From Spirochaetales bacterium (lineage in GTDB: Bacteria > Spirochaetota > Spirochaetia > JABEVK01), in the NCBI GenBank assembly GCA_947478845.1, contig CANJXC010000003.1:177659-241658 (forward strand): a stretch of 64,000 bases of DNA. Direction: 5' to 3'. The notes under the pieces were generated by a model. The model was not told where the DNA came from. It was given only the letters and a program-made list of their open reading frames with translations, and ran no database searches. A program made the position numbers and the translations under genes. Below, piece by piece: positions 38,972 through 48,064 of this stretch. Numbering within the stretch: the first letter of the stretch is position 1; each line of letters begins with the position of its first letter.

Positions 38972-39899
38972 CGTTTGGCTTTCCACCACGCGGCTTGGTC
39001 AGCATGGTCATAAAAAATAAGGCTAATCCCGCCAAGGCGATCCAACCCACCGGAAGCCAGTCCTGCAAGAACGTAGCACCGGGCCACCATTGCTGAACCA
39101 CCTGTGGCAAACTGACTAAACTGTAAGCGAGGAACCCAAGCTCGACTCGGGTCATGAAGAGCACCAAGATGATTTGCAACAGCGGCCAAGCCTTGAACGA
39201 GAAGAACACAAAGAGTCCAAGGAAAAGAAGTGTCACAACCGCGCATTGCGCCAAATAGAGGAGAGCCTGGGTTTCCTGACTGCCCTTTAACACCTGATAG
39301 ATCACAAAAAGGTCGTTCTGAAGTGACTTAAGGAACTCGGGGTAACCGAAGTACGCTCGCTCGGGACCCGTCTGTTGCAGTGATTTTGGACCACCCTGCT
39401 CACCTGGAAGCAAGAATCGCTGGTTGAGTGGATCAAACCCAACGCCCTCGAGCATAGTCATCGGCGACTGATTGCCTGGTATGGAAAGTACACCGCGGGT
39501 GAATTGCCCTGCTACGGTCTGCCCGGGAGGCGCAAACAGCACTCCCTTGTCTTCGAGCATCAGGAACCGACCAGGGACTAACAACGGTGCATCAGGGGAG
39601 CGGATGGAAGGGGCCTTGTCGATAGCAGGAAATGAAAACAGCAACAGGAAGAACAAACCACCCGCCAGGAAAAGCCAGGTGAAAGCGAATCGACCCGGAT
39701 AATGGACCGAACGGTACTGAGCCGCAATAAGGGCTATCAAAAGAGCGGGAAACAGCGCAGCAGCCCAAGGGCTCCCGAAGATAAGGCCCCGGCCGCCAGG
39801 CACCAGCAGATTGTAAAGGAAGTATTCTCCCACCACAAAAAGCGCGGTCATGGCAAACAGGAGGCTGAATACCAGCAAGTTGACCACAGAGTCTTTCAC
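38964..39899 (-). CDS. Membrane protein (about 3 TM + loop + 3 TM)
   Basis: Hydrophobicity pattern; overlaps the downstream gene; TGG-TATGGT-N6-GTG upstream. Confidence 0.7.
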   Translation of the reverse strand: MKDSVVNLLVFSLLFAMTALFVVGEYFLYNLLVPGGRGLIFGSPWAAALFPALLIALIAAQYRSVHYPGRFAFTWLFLAGGLFFLLLFSFPAIDKAPSIRSPDAPLLVPGRFLMLEDKGVLFAPPGQTVAGQFTRGVLSIPGNQSPMTMLEGVGFDPLNQRFLLPGEQGGPKSLQQTGPERAYFGYPEFLKSLQNDLFVIYQVLKGSQETQALLYLAQCAVVTLLFLGLFVFFSFKAWPLLQIILVLFMTRVELGFLAYSLVSLPQVVQQWWPGATFLQDWLPVGWIALAGLALFFMTMLTKPRGGKPNDE

Positions 39900-39931
39900 G
39901 GATAAACCATACCACGGTCACCCTTTACGGT

Positions 39932-40528
39932 TCAAGGAAGACGGTAGCCGGTTCCCCGATCTGTGATGATCATCCTCTATGGCTCCTTCAGCACGAGCGT
40001 GGCCAGATGCCGACGCAAACGGTGGGCCACCGTGGCCAGTACCCGCGAGCTCGGCCTCGTCTGGTTACCGTAAATTGCCGAATTGAGAGCCTCCACCGAA
40101 ACCGTTCTCCCTTGGCGCTCCGCCAAAAAACCCAGCAAATCGGCCTCGAGAGGTGTGAGCTGAACCTCTTTTCCCCCCGAGGACAACAGGGTTCCGTTCA
40201 GATGCCAGGACGTTCCCAGCGAAGTCCAGTTCCGCACCCTTGACCTTCTCAAGGTGGCACGAAGGAATAGTTCGTCCGGCGACCACGGTTCTTTGAGGTA
40301 GTCCAACGCGCCCCTGAGAAAAGCCGACCGAAGGAGGGTCGACTCGCCATAGACCAAAATCTCGGCAAAAGGTTCCCCTGTAGGTGGCCAAGCTCTCGCT
40401 AAATATTCGCTTGCGGGCACCACCAAAATATCCCACGGCCCGGGGATGAAAAAAGGGGCGCACTCTACAGTGGCCCCTTCCTTCGACGCGCCCTTCAGGA
40501 GGGTAAAACGTTCATCCATTTCCCCCAT
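39932..40528 (-). pseudogene. Atypical OmpR-type response regulator interrupted by an in-frame TAG at 39977-39979 (nonsense mutation, readthrough or sequence error)
   Basis: GALDYL.EPWSPDEL and LTPLEADLL...AHRLRRHL. Beyond the TAG the frame reads RMIITDRGTGYRLP-TGA, the canonical winged-helix wing. Confidence 0.7.
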
Positions 40529-40539
40529 GAAAAGAATCT

Positions 40540-41265
40540 TCAGGACGATTTGCTCCCCGAGTCTTGAGCTACGGCGACTGTAGAACCCTCTTGAGCCTTC
40601 ATTTTAGCTTTGAGGTCTTCGAGCAGAAACTCTGCACCCTTGGGGCCCGATTCCAGTTCCTTGAATTGCTTTTCCAGGCTTGCAGTTCCACTCAGGTCTT
40701 CCAGTTCCACCGCCGCACTGGCCTCAGCCTCCATTTGGTCAACTTTGTTTGCCATGCGGTCGAAGGCGTCAAAAGCCGAATTGTTTGACATGCTCCCCAT
40801 GGTTTCAGAAATCTTTTTCTGGGCCTCGGCGCGCTTGGCACGGGCAATCAGGATGTTCTTCTTTCGAGAAGCTTCCTCAATCTTGGACTGCAGTTGCCTC
40901 AGCGAGTCTTTGAGCTTTTCGACCGATTGGTGCTGAAGTTCAAACTGTTGCTTGAACTGCACGGAATAGTCTTGGTATTCCTTCTGACGCACCAGAGCTT
41001 CTTTCGCCAGATCGTCTCGACTGCTCTTGACAGCCAAAATCGCCTTGTTTTCCCAGTCCGTGGCAAGTGCCTGATTTTCCTGATACTGGCGCTCGAGCCG
41101 TTTTTCATCGGCAATTGCGGAAGCCACAGCCTTCTTGTTCTCAAGAAGTTGCTCGTTCATATCAATGATGGTCTGTTCAAGGATCTTCTGGGGGTCTTCC
41201 GCCTTGCTGATCGCGGCGTTGATGTTCGACTTGAACACACGCTTGAAGTTGTCCCATATTCCCAT
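40540..41265 (-). CDS. pspA: PspA/IM30 family protein
   Basis: MGIW..FKRVFKSNINA.ISKAEDP.K.LEQ.I.DM, coiled coil, AFDRMANKV. Confidence 0.93.
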   Translation of the reverse strand: MGIWDNFKRVFKSNINAAISKAEDPQKILEQTIIDMNEQLLENKKAVASAIADEKRLERQYQENQALATDWENKAILAVKSSRDDLAKEALVRQKEYQDYSVQFKQQFELQHQSVEKLKDSLRQLQSKIEEASRKKNILIARAKRAEAQKKISETMGSMSNNSAFDAFDRMANKVDQMEAEASAAVELEDLSGTASLEKQFKELESGPKGAEFLLEDLKAKMKAQEGSTVAVAQDSGSKSS

Positions 41266-41280
41266 GATCGTGCTCCTTGG

Positions 41281-41673
41281 CTAGTTACGGTACTTGGTCA
41301 GGATGGTGTAATGCTGGATTAAGGCCAGCCCAATCTCGTCAAAAGCTCCCTGCAGTTCTTCCAAATCGAGAGTCTGCAGAATGAACGAGTTCGACAAGAT
41401 GAGGTGCTCGCCTTCCACGGCATAGGCCACATGGAAAAGGTCGTTGGCATTCATACGCAAGACCGTCTCGAAGAAAGGCTCGCGATTCTTTTGAGGCAAG
41501 GGCATCACGGTCACGCGAACGATGACAATCGGGTCTTCAATGACGACAACCACTTGGTGCACCCCGGCATCGTCGTCCGTGACCACCCAAGTTCCCTCAC
41601 CGATGAGCTGATAGGTCAGACCCAAGGTAATGAAATACCCTTCGAGTTTGTTCTTGGCCTCGGTCAGATCCAT
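41281..41673 (-). CDS. CesT/YbjN-like type III secretion chaperone-fold protein
   Basis: 130 aa acidic protein; LRMNANDLFHVAYAVEG and LDLEEL pattern. Confidence 0.7.
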   Translation of the reverse strand: MDLTEAKNKLEGYFITLGLTYQLIGEGTWVVTDDDAGVHQVVVVIEDPIVIVRVTVMPLPQKNREPFFETVLRMNANDLFHVAYAVEGEHLILSNSFILQTLDLEELQGAFDEIGLALIQHYTILTKYRN

Positions 41674-41683
41674 GGCCTTGAAG

Positions 41684-42241
41684 TCACCCAAGGAAGACCT
41701 GGCCCCCATTGTCTATGGCCAAGATGGTTTTGCATTCTGAGCAACGGAACCGACCCGGGCGAGCGGCACGGAGTTTCTTGCTGCAGATAGGGCAACCAAA
41801 GGTTTTGGGGAAAAGCTCAGCTCCAGCGCCTTCGGCAACTGCTCCACCCTTGTAAAACTTCACGGCGTCTTCTGCGGTGTCCTTGATGTTGAAAAATTGG
41901 GAGAAGCCCAATAGCTGAAACACTTCGTAGACCTTGGGCTGAATTTCAAGAAGCACAATATCGCCCCCCTTGGGCTTAACTTGCTTCAGAAACGCCGTAA
42001 ACGACCCAATGCCTGTGCTGGAAACGTAGTTCAACCCGGAACACTGGAAAATGATTCGGGTGAATCCAGCGTCGATGGCTTTAGAAACCCGCTTTTGAAA
42101 AAAGTTGGAGTTGTAGGTGTCGATGTAGCCTGTCAGAAACAAAAAAAGGCAATTTTCCACATCGTCGACACGCTGAAGCCGGATCTTAAGACTGTCGTCT
42201 TTTTCATCATCAAAGCCAGAAACGACTTCGTTGTTATTCAT
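41684..42241 (-). CDS. STAS anti-sigma-factor antagonist with C-terminal Zn ribbon
   Basis: GYIDTYNS, LNYVSSTGIG (phospho-Ser motif), VFQLLGF; CPIC...CSEC. Confidence 0.9.
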   Translation of the reverse strand: MNNNEVVSGFDDEKDDSLKIRLQRVDDVENCLFLFLTGYIDTYNSNFFQKRVSKAIDAGFTRIIFQCSGLNYVSSTGIGSFTAFLKQVKPKGGDIVLLEIQPKVYEVFQLLGFSQFFNIKDTAEDAVKFYKGGAVAEGAGAELFPKTFGCPICSKKLRAARPGRFRCSECKTILAIDNGGQVFLG

Positions 42242-42300
42242 GAAACCCTCTCATTGATCAAGACGTGCTCGCAAGGCCCCGCAGCGGACGGTAAGACGTT

Positions 42301-42329
42301 ATTATAGAAAAGCTGCTGCCCTTTGTCAA
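42301..42329 (-). promoter_or_regulatory. Perfect-consensus sigma70 promoter of the STAS-CesT-pspA operon
   Basis: TTGACA-N17-TATAAT on the minus strand. Confidence 0.85.
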
Positions 42330-42338
42330 ATTTCAACC

Positions 42339-42368
42339 TTGACCCCAAGGTAGTTTAGATTTTACACT
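42339..42368 (+). promoter_or_regulatory. sigma70 promoter of the divergent exported-protein gene
   Basis: TTGACC-N18-TACACT. Confidence 0.6.
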
Positions 42369-42387
42369 TCGGGCAAAGGATTTCAAT

Positions 42388-42834
42388 ATGCAACGCCTGT
42401 TTTTCGGGATATTTGTCCTGTTTTTGGCCCTGCCACTGTGGTCGAAAGACCTGAGTTTTTCAGGCAGAGTCGCCCTCGACAAGACAATTGCATCCTTTGG
42501 GACCGAAAGTCCTGTAGCCGGTACGCTTTACCTTCTCACGGGGTCGGCAGGTTCGGTGACGCTCCTATCCGAAGAACCCTTTGCCGCCGAAGTGGATTTT
42601 GTGGAAGCCCAGTGGCTGTCGGAACAGGAATTGTTTTCCTCCCATGTCTTGCTCGCCTTCGACGGTTCTGACTGGGCCACTACAGTGGTTGCACGTAAGC
42701 CCCGCAAAGGCTTTGAATCGTTGGTTTACCCTTACCGCAAGTTTCAGGTCGCGGCTGTGTTCGACAAGATGCTTCGCACGGCAACGGGTAACATACCCCG
42801 ATTTAGGGTGGTTGCCATTCCTTTGCTTTTCTAG
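42388..42834 (+). CDS. Hypothetical exported protein
   Basis: Signal peptide MQRLFFGIFVLFLALPLWS; AAGGA SD; own promoter. Confidence 0.7.
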   Translation: MQRLFFGIFVLFLALPLWSKDLSFSGRVALDKTIASFGTESPVAGTLYLLTGSAGSVTLLSEEPFAAEVDFVEAQWLSEQELFSSHVLLAFDGSDWATTVVARKPRKGFESLVYPYRKFQVAAVFDKMLRTATGNIPRFRVVAIPLLF

Positions 42835-43850
42835 GACTCCTCGAGGTCGAGGTGACGGTCCTCGAGAATCTTGGGTTCGTGCAAGACCTGGGCGCGGGTC
42901 AGCACATTTTTGAGTTGTCTCAGGTTTCCTGGCCACTCGTATCCCACCAGCTTGGCGATCGCTGAGTGAGAAACCCGTATTTTGGAAAAATGCTTCACAA
43001 GCATGGGAATGTCCTCGCGGCGTTCGCGCAAGGGTGGCATCTTTAGGGCGAGCAGGTTGATCCGATAGTAAAGGTCCTTTCTAAAGGCACCTAGCCTAAC
43101 CTGCTCGGATAAATTGCGGTTGGTGGCGCAGATGAGCCGCACGTCCACCTTTTCAGTTTTGCTTGTGCCTACCCTTTGGAGTTCCTGGTTCTCAATAGCC
43201 CGAAGTAGCTTGGCTTGTATTTCGTAGGGCAGCTCCCCTATCTCGTCAAGAAACAAGGTGCCACTCGCAGCTTCCTGAAAGTATCCTTCACGGTTTTCTG
43301 CGTCGGTGTAGGCTCCTTTCAGGCTCCCAAAAAGTTGCGACTCGGCGAGATTTGCTGGAATAGCACTGCAGTTCACAGCAACGAAACGGCCCCTGCGGCC
43401 CGACAATTCGTGCGCCAGATTGGCGGCGAGGTCTTTGCCGGTGCCATTTTCCCCAGTAAGCAGCAAGGGGTGTGCTGTAAGGGCCACTTTGAGAAGGTGT
43501 TTCTTGAACTCGAGAATAGGGCGCGAAACTCCGACCAGTCGATGAACGGGGTGCCAACGTGGACGCCGGCCCATCTCAGAAAACAAGACGATCTCCCAAT
43601 CGGAAGGGCTACACACCAGGCCTTTCACGTCTACGGGAAGGACAGGAATACCGAGGGCAAACGGGGCCTCCGAGGGTTCGTCACAGCGATCCAAACTAAG
43701 AGCAAGGTCAAAAGTGTTCTCGTCGGCGGCGAGATCACTCCAAGAACCGACCTGAACGGGATCAACGGTCGTGGGGAGTTGGGAGACTACACTTTTGCAG
43801 GCCGAGTCGTCCCCGCCCAGCACCGCTACTCGCAAGTGGAAGAGATTCAT
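42831..43850 (-). CDS. sigma54-interacting AAA+ activator (bEBP) lacking the C-terminal HTH
   Basis: GENGTGKD, ESQLFG..KGAYTDA, LFLDEIGE, FRKDLYYR, WPGNLRQL. Confidence 0.88.
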   Translation of the reverse strand: MNLFHLRVAVLGGDDSACKSVVSQLPTTVDPVQVGSWSDLAADENTFDLALSLDRCDEPSEAPFALGIPVLPVDVKGLVCSPSDWEIVLFSEMGRRPRWHPVHRLVGVSRPILEFKKHLLKVALTAHPLLLTGENGTGKDLAANLAHELSGRRGRFVAVNCSAIPANLAESQLFGSLKGAYTDAENREGYFQEAASGTLFLDEIGELPYEIQAKLLRAIENQELQRVGTSKTEKVDVRLICATNRNLSEQVRLGAFRKDLYYRINLLALKMPPLRERREDIPMLVKHFSKIRVSHSAIAKLVGYEWPGNLRQLKNVLTRAQVLHEPKILEDRHLDLEES

Positions 43851-43892
43851 AACGTACCAACTTTCTGTAATGTAGATTGATTACTACAACAG

Positions 43893-44648
43893 TCAGTTCT
43901 TTCGTTTCAATCTGTACACCAAAAGAAGCAGTCCATACCAAAGGTAGTTGAACACCCGCATCATCCGGAAAGGATTGACAATGGCACGCGACAATTCGTG
44001 AGTTCCCTTGCGGAAGCTAGGCCGGGTAGGACGTTTCTTGTGTTGAGCCATGATGGAATAGGCATCTTCCGAAAAAAGACTGATTCGGAACGGCAACCCC
44101 TTGCCCTTTCGAAAGATCCACTTTTCACGCCCTAGCACACCTGGGCCAAGGAACAACACCGTTGGGGTGGCTTTCTGAATGGCCGTCAAGATGGGCCCTT
44201 CGCTTTCGCGGGTATAGAAACCGGTATGGCGCCCAACCAGATTCAGGCCTGGAAAGGTGGCCCGCATAGTAGCGGCGACGGTCTGGAGACCGTTCAAGTT
44301 CTCGCCCAGAAGATAGATCGTATGCCGTTTTTCCTCGAGCGCACCGAGAAGCTTGATGGTGAAGTCAAACGGATGGTGGCGTACGGGCGAGGGAAGCCCC
44401 AAGAAACGGCAACCGAACTCGAGAGACTTTGATACCGGAACGATCAGCCTCGCTGACTTGAGGTGAGACAGAAGTTCTGGGTCTCGATTGGCCTTCATTA
44501 GCCCGCGGAAAGTGAGAAAGACAATGGTTTTCTGACCCACAGAGGCGGCAAACTCGAGCGCAATGCGCCCTATTTCAGACTCAGGAACGATGTCGAGAGG
44601 GACTTTCAGCAGATGGGTTCGCTTTATACCGTCATGGGAACTGTCCAT
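43893..44648 (-). CDS. WecB/TagA/CpsF family glycosyltransferase (divergent)
   Basis: IYLLG, FPGLNLVGRHTGFY, VLFLGPG..GREKWI. Confidence 0.75.
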   Translation of the reverse strand: MDSSHDGIKRTHLLKVPLDIVPESEIGRIALEFAASVGQKTIVFLTFRGLMKANRDPELLSHLKSARLIVPVSKSLEFGCRFLGLPSPVRHHPFDFTIKLLGALEEKRHTIYLLGENLNGLQTVAATMRATFPGLNLVGRHTGFYTRESEGPILTAIQKATPTVLFLGPGVLGREKWIFRKGKGLPFRISLFSEDAYSIMAQHKKRPTRPSFRKGTHELSRAIVNPFRMMRVFNYLWYGLLLLVYRLKRKN

Positions 44649-45397
44649 TGCGACCTCTCCTGAAGAATGATGTTAACCGCTGCCACCGCGGCAAGGGAGG
44701 CTGTTTCTGCTCTCAGAATCGCCGGCCCCAACCAAACGGGAAAAGCGCCGTGAGCTTGTAAATCGGCAAGCTCCCCGTTGGAGAGCCCGCCTTCCGGGCC
44801 AACCACCAAACCTAGATGCGCAGACTTTTCAGCAAGATAGCGGTGCAGACCCGGCTTGACTAGGGGGTCGGAAGGCTGGATTGGCACCTGATGAAAAAAC
44901 AGCAAAGGCCCACGACGCGACCACCATTCTGAAATGGCTCGCGATTCGAGCGGCATATAAATCTCGCAGAGAGCATTGCCCGACTGCTGAGCAGCCTGCC
45001 TTGCGATGGTATTCCATCGAATCTGCTTTTTCTGGGAATCGCTGGCATCGTGAAACCGGCTGATGCAATGGTCACCGAGCACCGGTACCACGGCCGCCAC
45101 ACCCGCCTCGCAGGCTTGGCGAATCACATCATCGAGCTTATTGGACTTGAGCAAGAAAGGAAATAGCACCACGGAAGTGGGGCTACGATCGAGAGTTTCG
45201 GTTGCAATCACCGTCAATTCGAGCTCTTCCTTACCCAAACGAGAGACCTCTGCACACAGACGCTGATCACCGCAAAGTGCCATCAGGCGGTCGCCGGCTT
45301 CCACTCGCCGAACATGGACCAAATAGTGATAATCGGGCCCGCGCAATACGTATTGGTCCTGGCCGGCAGCATCCGGAGGCAGAACCAGTTGCTTCAT
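44624..45397 (-). CDS. rsmE: 16S rRNA m3U1498 methyltransferase
   Basis: HYLVHVRR, ACEAGV, AAQQSG, VGPEGGLS, LG..ILRAETA. Confidence 0.92.
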   Translation of the reverse strand: MKQLVLPPDAAGQDQYVLRGPDYHYLVHVRRVEAGDRLMALCGDQRLCAEVSRLGKEELELTVIATETLDRSPTSVVLFPFLLKSNKLDDVIRQACEAGVAAVVPVLGDHCISRFHDASDSQKKQIRWNTIARQAAQQSGNALCEIYMPLESRAISEWWSRRGPLLFFHQVPIQPSDPLVKPGLHRYLAEKSAHLGLVVGPEGGLSNGELADLQAHGAFPVWLGPAILRAETASLAAVAAVNIILQERSQWTVPMTV

Positions 45398-46839
45398 GGC
45401 AAGACCAGCGGGCCCGCGTTCAAAAGGTCGACGGCTTTCTTGAGCACGATGTCGTAGTCGAGATCTATCGTGGGCGGATTCTGGTTTTTGGCGCGCCATT
45501 GTTCTACCCGCGACAACCGGGTGAGCAAACGTTCGTTTAGGGCTATGCCAGAGGATTGTAGTTCTTTCACGAAAATTGCGATGGAAGCGGCAGAGCCATC
45601 CGGATGAGCCTTGGCCCAGGTTTCCAGCTTTTTGTCGTTCAAAAGCTTGCGGTAGATTTCCAGCTCGGCGTCGGTGAGATCAGGGTCTTTGACCTCGAGA
45701 TCAGGCTTGATACCGACTTTGTCGATGTTGACGCCGGAGGGGGTATAGTACCGGGCCATCGTCAGCTTGAAACCAGTCTTGTCGAAGGGAATGATCTGTT
45801 GAACAGAGCCTTTGCCATAGGTGGTTTCACCCACGAGCAGGGCCCGCTTTCGATCTTTTAAAGCACCTGAAAGAATTTCGGAGGCAGAGGCACTTCCCTT
45901 GTCAATCAAGACAATAATTTGCACGCTATTGGGAACTGTCTGCTCGTTCTCAGCATTGTAAGTAGAGGACTCCCCGGGGACGCGTGAACGGGTGCTAACA
46001 ATGACCCCGTCTTTGAAAAACCGGCCACCGATTTTGGCCACAATTTCCAGCAAACCGCCAGGATTGTTGCGCAGATCGATGATGAGTTTGGCATAACTTT
46101 TCTTTTCGAACCCGCTGATGGCCTCATCGAACTTTTCTTTGGTGTGAGCGTTGAACTGCGTGATGCGCAGGTAGGCAATTCCGGGTTCTATCCAGGCTGT
46201 CTTTACGGTGGGTACCTCAATCTTGGCCCGCTCCAATTCGAAGTCAAGACTCGTCGCGCTGCCCCGCAAAATGGTCACTTTTACCTTTGTGCCCGGCTTT
46301 CCGCGGAGCACCGAAAGCACCTTGTCCATACTGAACTCGGTAACATCTTCGCCCTGAATTTTAGTGATGTAGTCCCCGGCTAGGATTCCGGCCTTATAAG
46401 CAGGAGTATCTTCAATCGGAGCAACAATTTCCACATAGTGTTCGCGCAAATCGCCCGACTTAGAGGCTTGGCTTGGATCTGTTTTGTTGATGTACAGCCC
46501 AACTCCGCCGAACTCACCGGTGGTGGTATCATTCAGGCCCATCATGTCGATATCGCTGAGGTAAAGGCTGTGAGGGTCGCCTAGGCTGTCAAACAGACCT
46601 TTCATGGCACCCTCGAAGAGCTTCTGCTGGTCTGGCTCGTCGACAAAGTTGCGGGAAACATACGAAAAAACCTGCTCAAACATTTGGGCATATTTACGTT
46701 CTGACGAAGAGTTACCGGGGGTGCTTTGCCCAAAAACCGCTGGTCCCAAAGTAAAAAACAACAGCACAAAAAGGGCGATAGCACCGACACTTGCCAAGCT
46801 TGAACGGATCAAAATTTTCTTTTTGTCTTGGGCTTCCAT
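45394..46839 (-). CDS. ctpA: C-terminal processing peptidase (S41A) with PDZ domain
   Basis: GEFGGVG, DLRNNPGG, SASASEI, TYGKGSVQ, YYTPSG. Confidence 0.92.
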   Translation of the reverse strand: MEAQDKKKILIRSSLASVGAIALFVLLFFTLGPAVFGQSTPGNSSSERKYAQMFEQVFSYVSRNFVDEPDQQKLFEGAMKGLFDSLGDPHSLYLSDIDMMGLNDTTTGEFGGVGLYINKTDPSQASKSGDLREHYVEIVAPIEDTPAYKAGILAGDYITKIQGEDVTEFSMDKVLSVLRGKPGTKVKVTILRGSATSLDFELERAKIEVPTVKTAWIEPGIAYLRITQFNAHTKEKFDEAISGFEKKSYAKLIIDLRNNPGGLLEIVAKIGGRFFKDGVIVSTRSRVPGESSTYNAENEQTVPNSVQIIVLIDKGSASASEILSGALKDRKRALLVGETTYGKGSVQQIIPFDKTGFKLTMARYYTPSGVNIDKVGIKPDLEVKDPDLTDAELEIYRKLLNDKKLETWAKAHPDGSAASIAIFVKELQSSGIALNERLLTRLSRVEQWRAKNQNPPTIDLDYDIVLKKAVDLLNAGPLVLP

Positions 46840-46863
46840 GGGGGGCAATATAGTACGTTACAC

Positions 46864-46892
46864 TTGACCGTGCATAGGTGCGGAATTACAAT
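46864..46892 (+). promoter_or_regulatory. sigma70 promoter of the MinD-like/FapA/lgt operon
   Basis: TTGACC-N17-TACAAT. Confidence 0.7.
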
Positions 46893-46912
46893 GATGGTCC
46901 GGAGGGGCGAGC

Positions 46913-48058
46913 GTGCAGATCATTCCCATCGCGAGCGGCAAGGGAGGTGTCGGCAAGTCTTTAGTTGCCGCCAATCTCGCCATCGCTCTCGCCCAGGCCG
47001 GCAAAAATGTTGTATTAGCCGACTTGGATTTGGGCGGATCAAACCTTCATCTGATCCTCGGCCTAAGGGGAATTCCTGTGGGAATAGGCACCTGGATCAA
47101 CGACCCGACGCTGGACTTTGAAGACATCATTGTCGACACCGACATTGACACCTTGCGCTTCATTCCGGGTGATTCCGAAATCCCTGGAATGGCTAACCTG
47201 AAACCAAGTCAGAAACGCAGCCTGATCAAGTGCCTGATGGGACTTTCCCGCACCGATATCCTCGTGATCGACCTAGGCGCCGGAACCAGTGCGAACACCA
47301 TAGATTTCTTTCTGATGTCGGGGCACGGAATCATCATTACAACACCCACCCTGACTGCCACCCTCAACGCCTATTTTTTTTTGAAGAATGCTGTGTTTCG
47401 TATTCTCGAGACATCGTTTGAAAAAGGTTCTTGGGCCGAAATCCAGTTTCATAAACTGATCGCAGGCGGCAGTGCCCTTCAGAAGATGTACATCCCCAAG
47501 TTTCTCGAAAGGATTAAGGAAAAAGACCCTGCAAGCTATGCGGCGTACAAAAAGGCCTCGGTGAACTTTCAGCCCCGCTTTATTTTCAATATGCTGGAGG
47601 ACCCCAAGGACGTGGAAAAAGCCAACAAGGTACGGCGATCTTGCCAGCAGTATCTCGGCTACGACCTCGAGCACTTGGGAGTGATTTATCGCGACGAAAC
47701 TCAAGACATCGCCCTCGCGGCGCGCCTGCCGGTTGTCCTGTATAAGCCTCAGTCGGTGCTATCGCAGGCCATCTACCGAATCGCCGACAAAATCCTTCCC
47801 TTCGATAGGGATGAATCCGGACCACTAAACCTTAAAGCCCTTGAGGAGAGTCACCAGACTGCTTCGTTAGAGGCTGAAGTCGATTTCGAATCCAAGATGG
47901 CCTACTTGCAGGAGTTGCTTCAAAGTGGAGCTCTCACCATGGGCGACCTGATGGAGACGGTGAAAACCCAACAGTTCGAGATTAGTCAACTCAAGAAAGA
48001 GAATCTTCTTCTTAAATCCAAGATTGTCAAAGCCATTCAGGCCGGCCTTAAGTTGTAG
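46913..48058 (+). CDS. MinD/FlhG-family P-loop ATPase with C-terminal coiled coil
   Basis: Deviant Walker A SGKGGVGKS, DLDLGGSNLH, IDLGAG. Confidence 0.88.
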   Translation: MQIIPIASGKGGVGKSLVAANLAIALAQAGKNVVLADLDLGGSNLHLILGLRGIPVGIGTWINDPTLDFEDIIVDTDIDTLRFIPGDSEIPGMANLKPSQKRSLIKCLMGLSRTDILVIDLGAGTSANTIDFFLMSGHGIIITTPTLTATLNAYFFLKNAVFRILETSFEKGSWAEIQFHKLIAGGSALQKMYIPKFLERIKEKDPASYAAYKKASVNFQPRFIFNMLEDPKDVEKANKVRRSCQQYLGYDLEHLGVIYRDETQDIALAARLPVVLYKPQSVLSQAIYRIADKILPFDRDESGPLNLKALEESHQTASLEAEVDFESKMAYLQELLQSGALTMGDLMETVKTQQFEISQLKKENLLLKSKIVKAIQAGLKL

Positions 48059-48064
48059 GTCACC

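Noticed and set aside
42242..42330. Possible sigma54 (-24/-12) promoter for the pspA operon
   Set aside because: The best candidate has GG-N10-TC rather than GG-N10-GC, and a perfect sigma70 promoter occupies the site.
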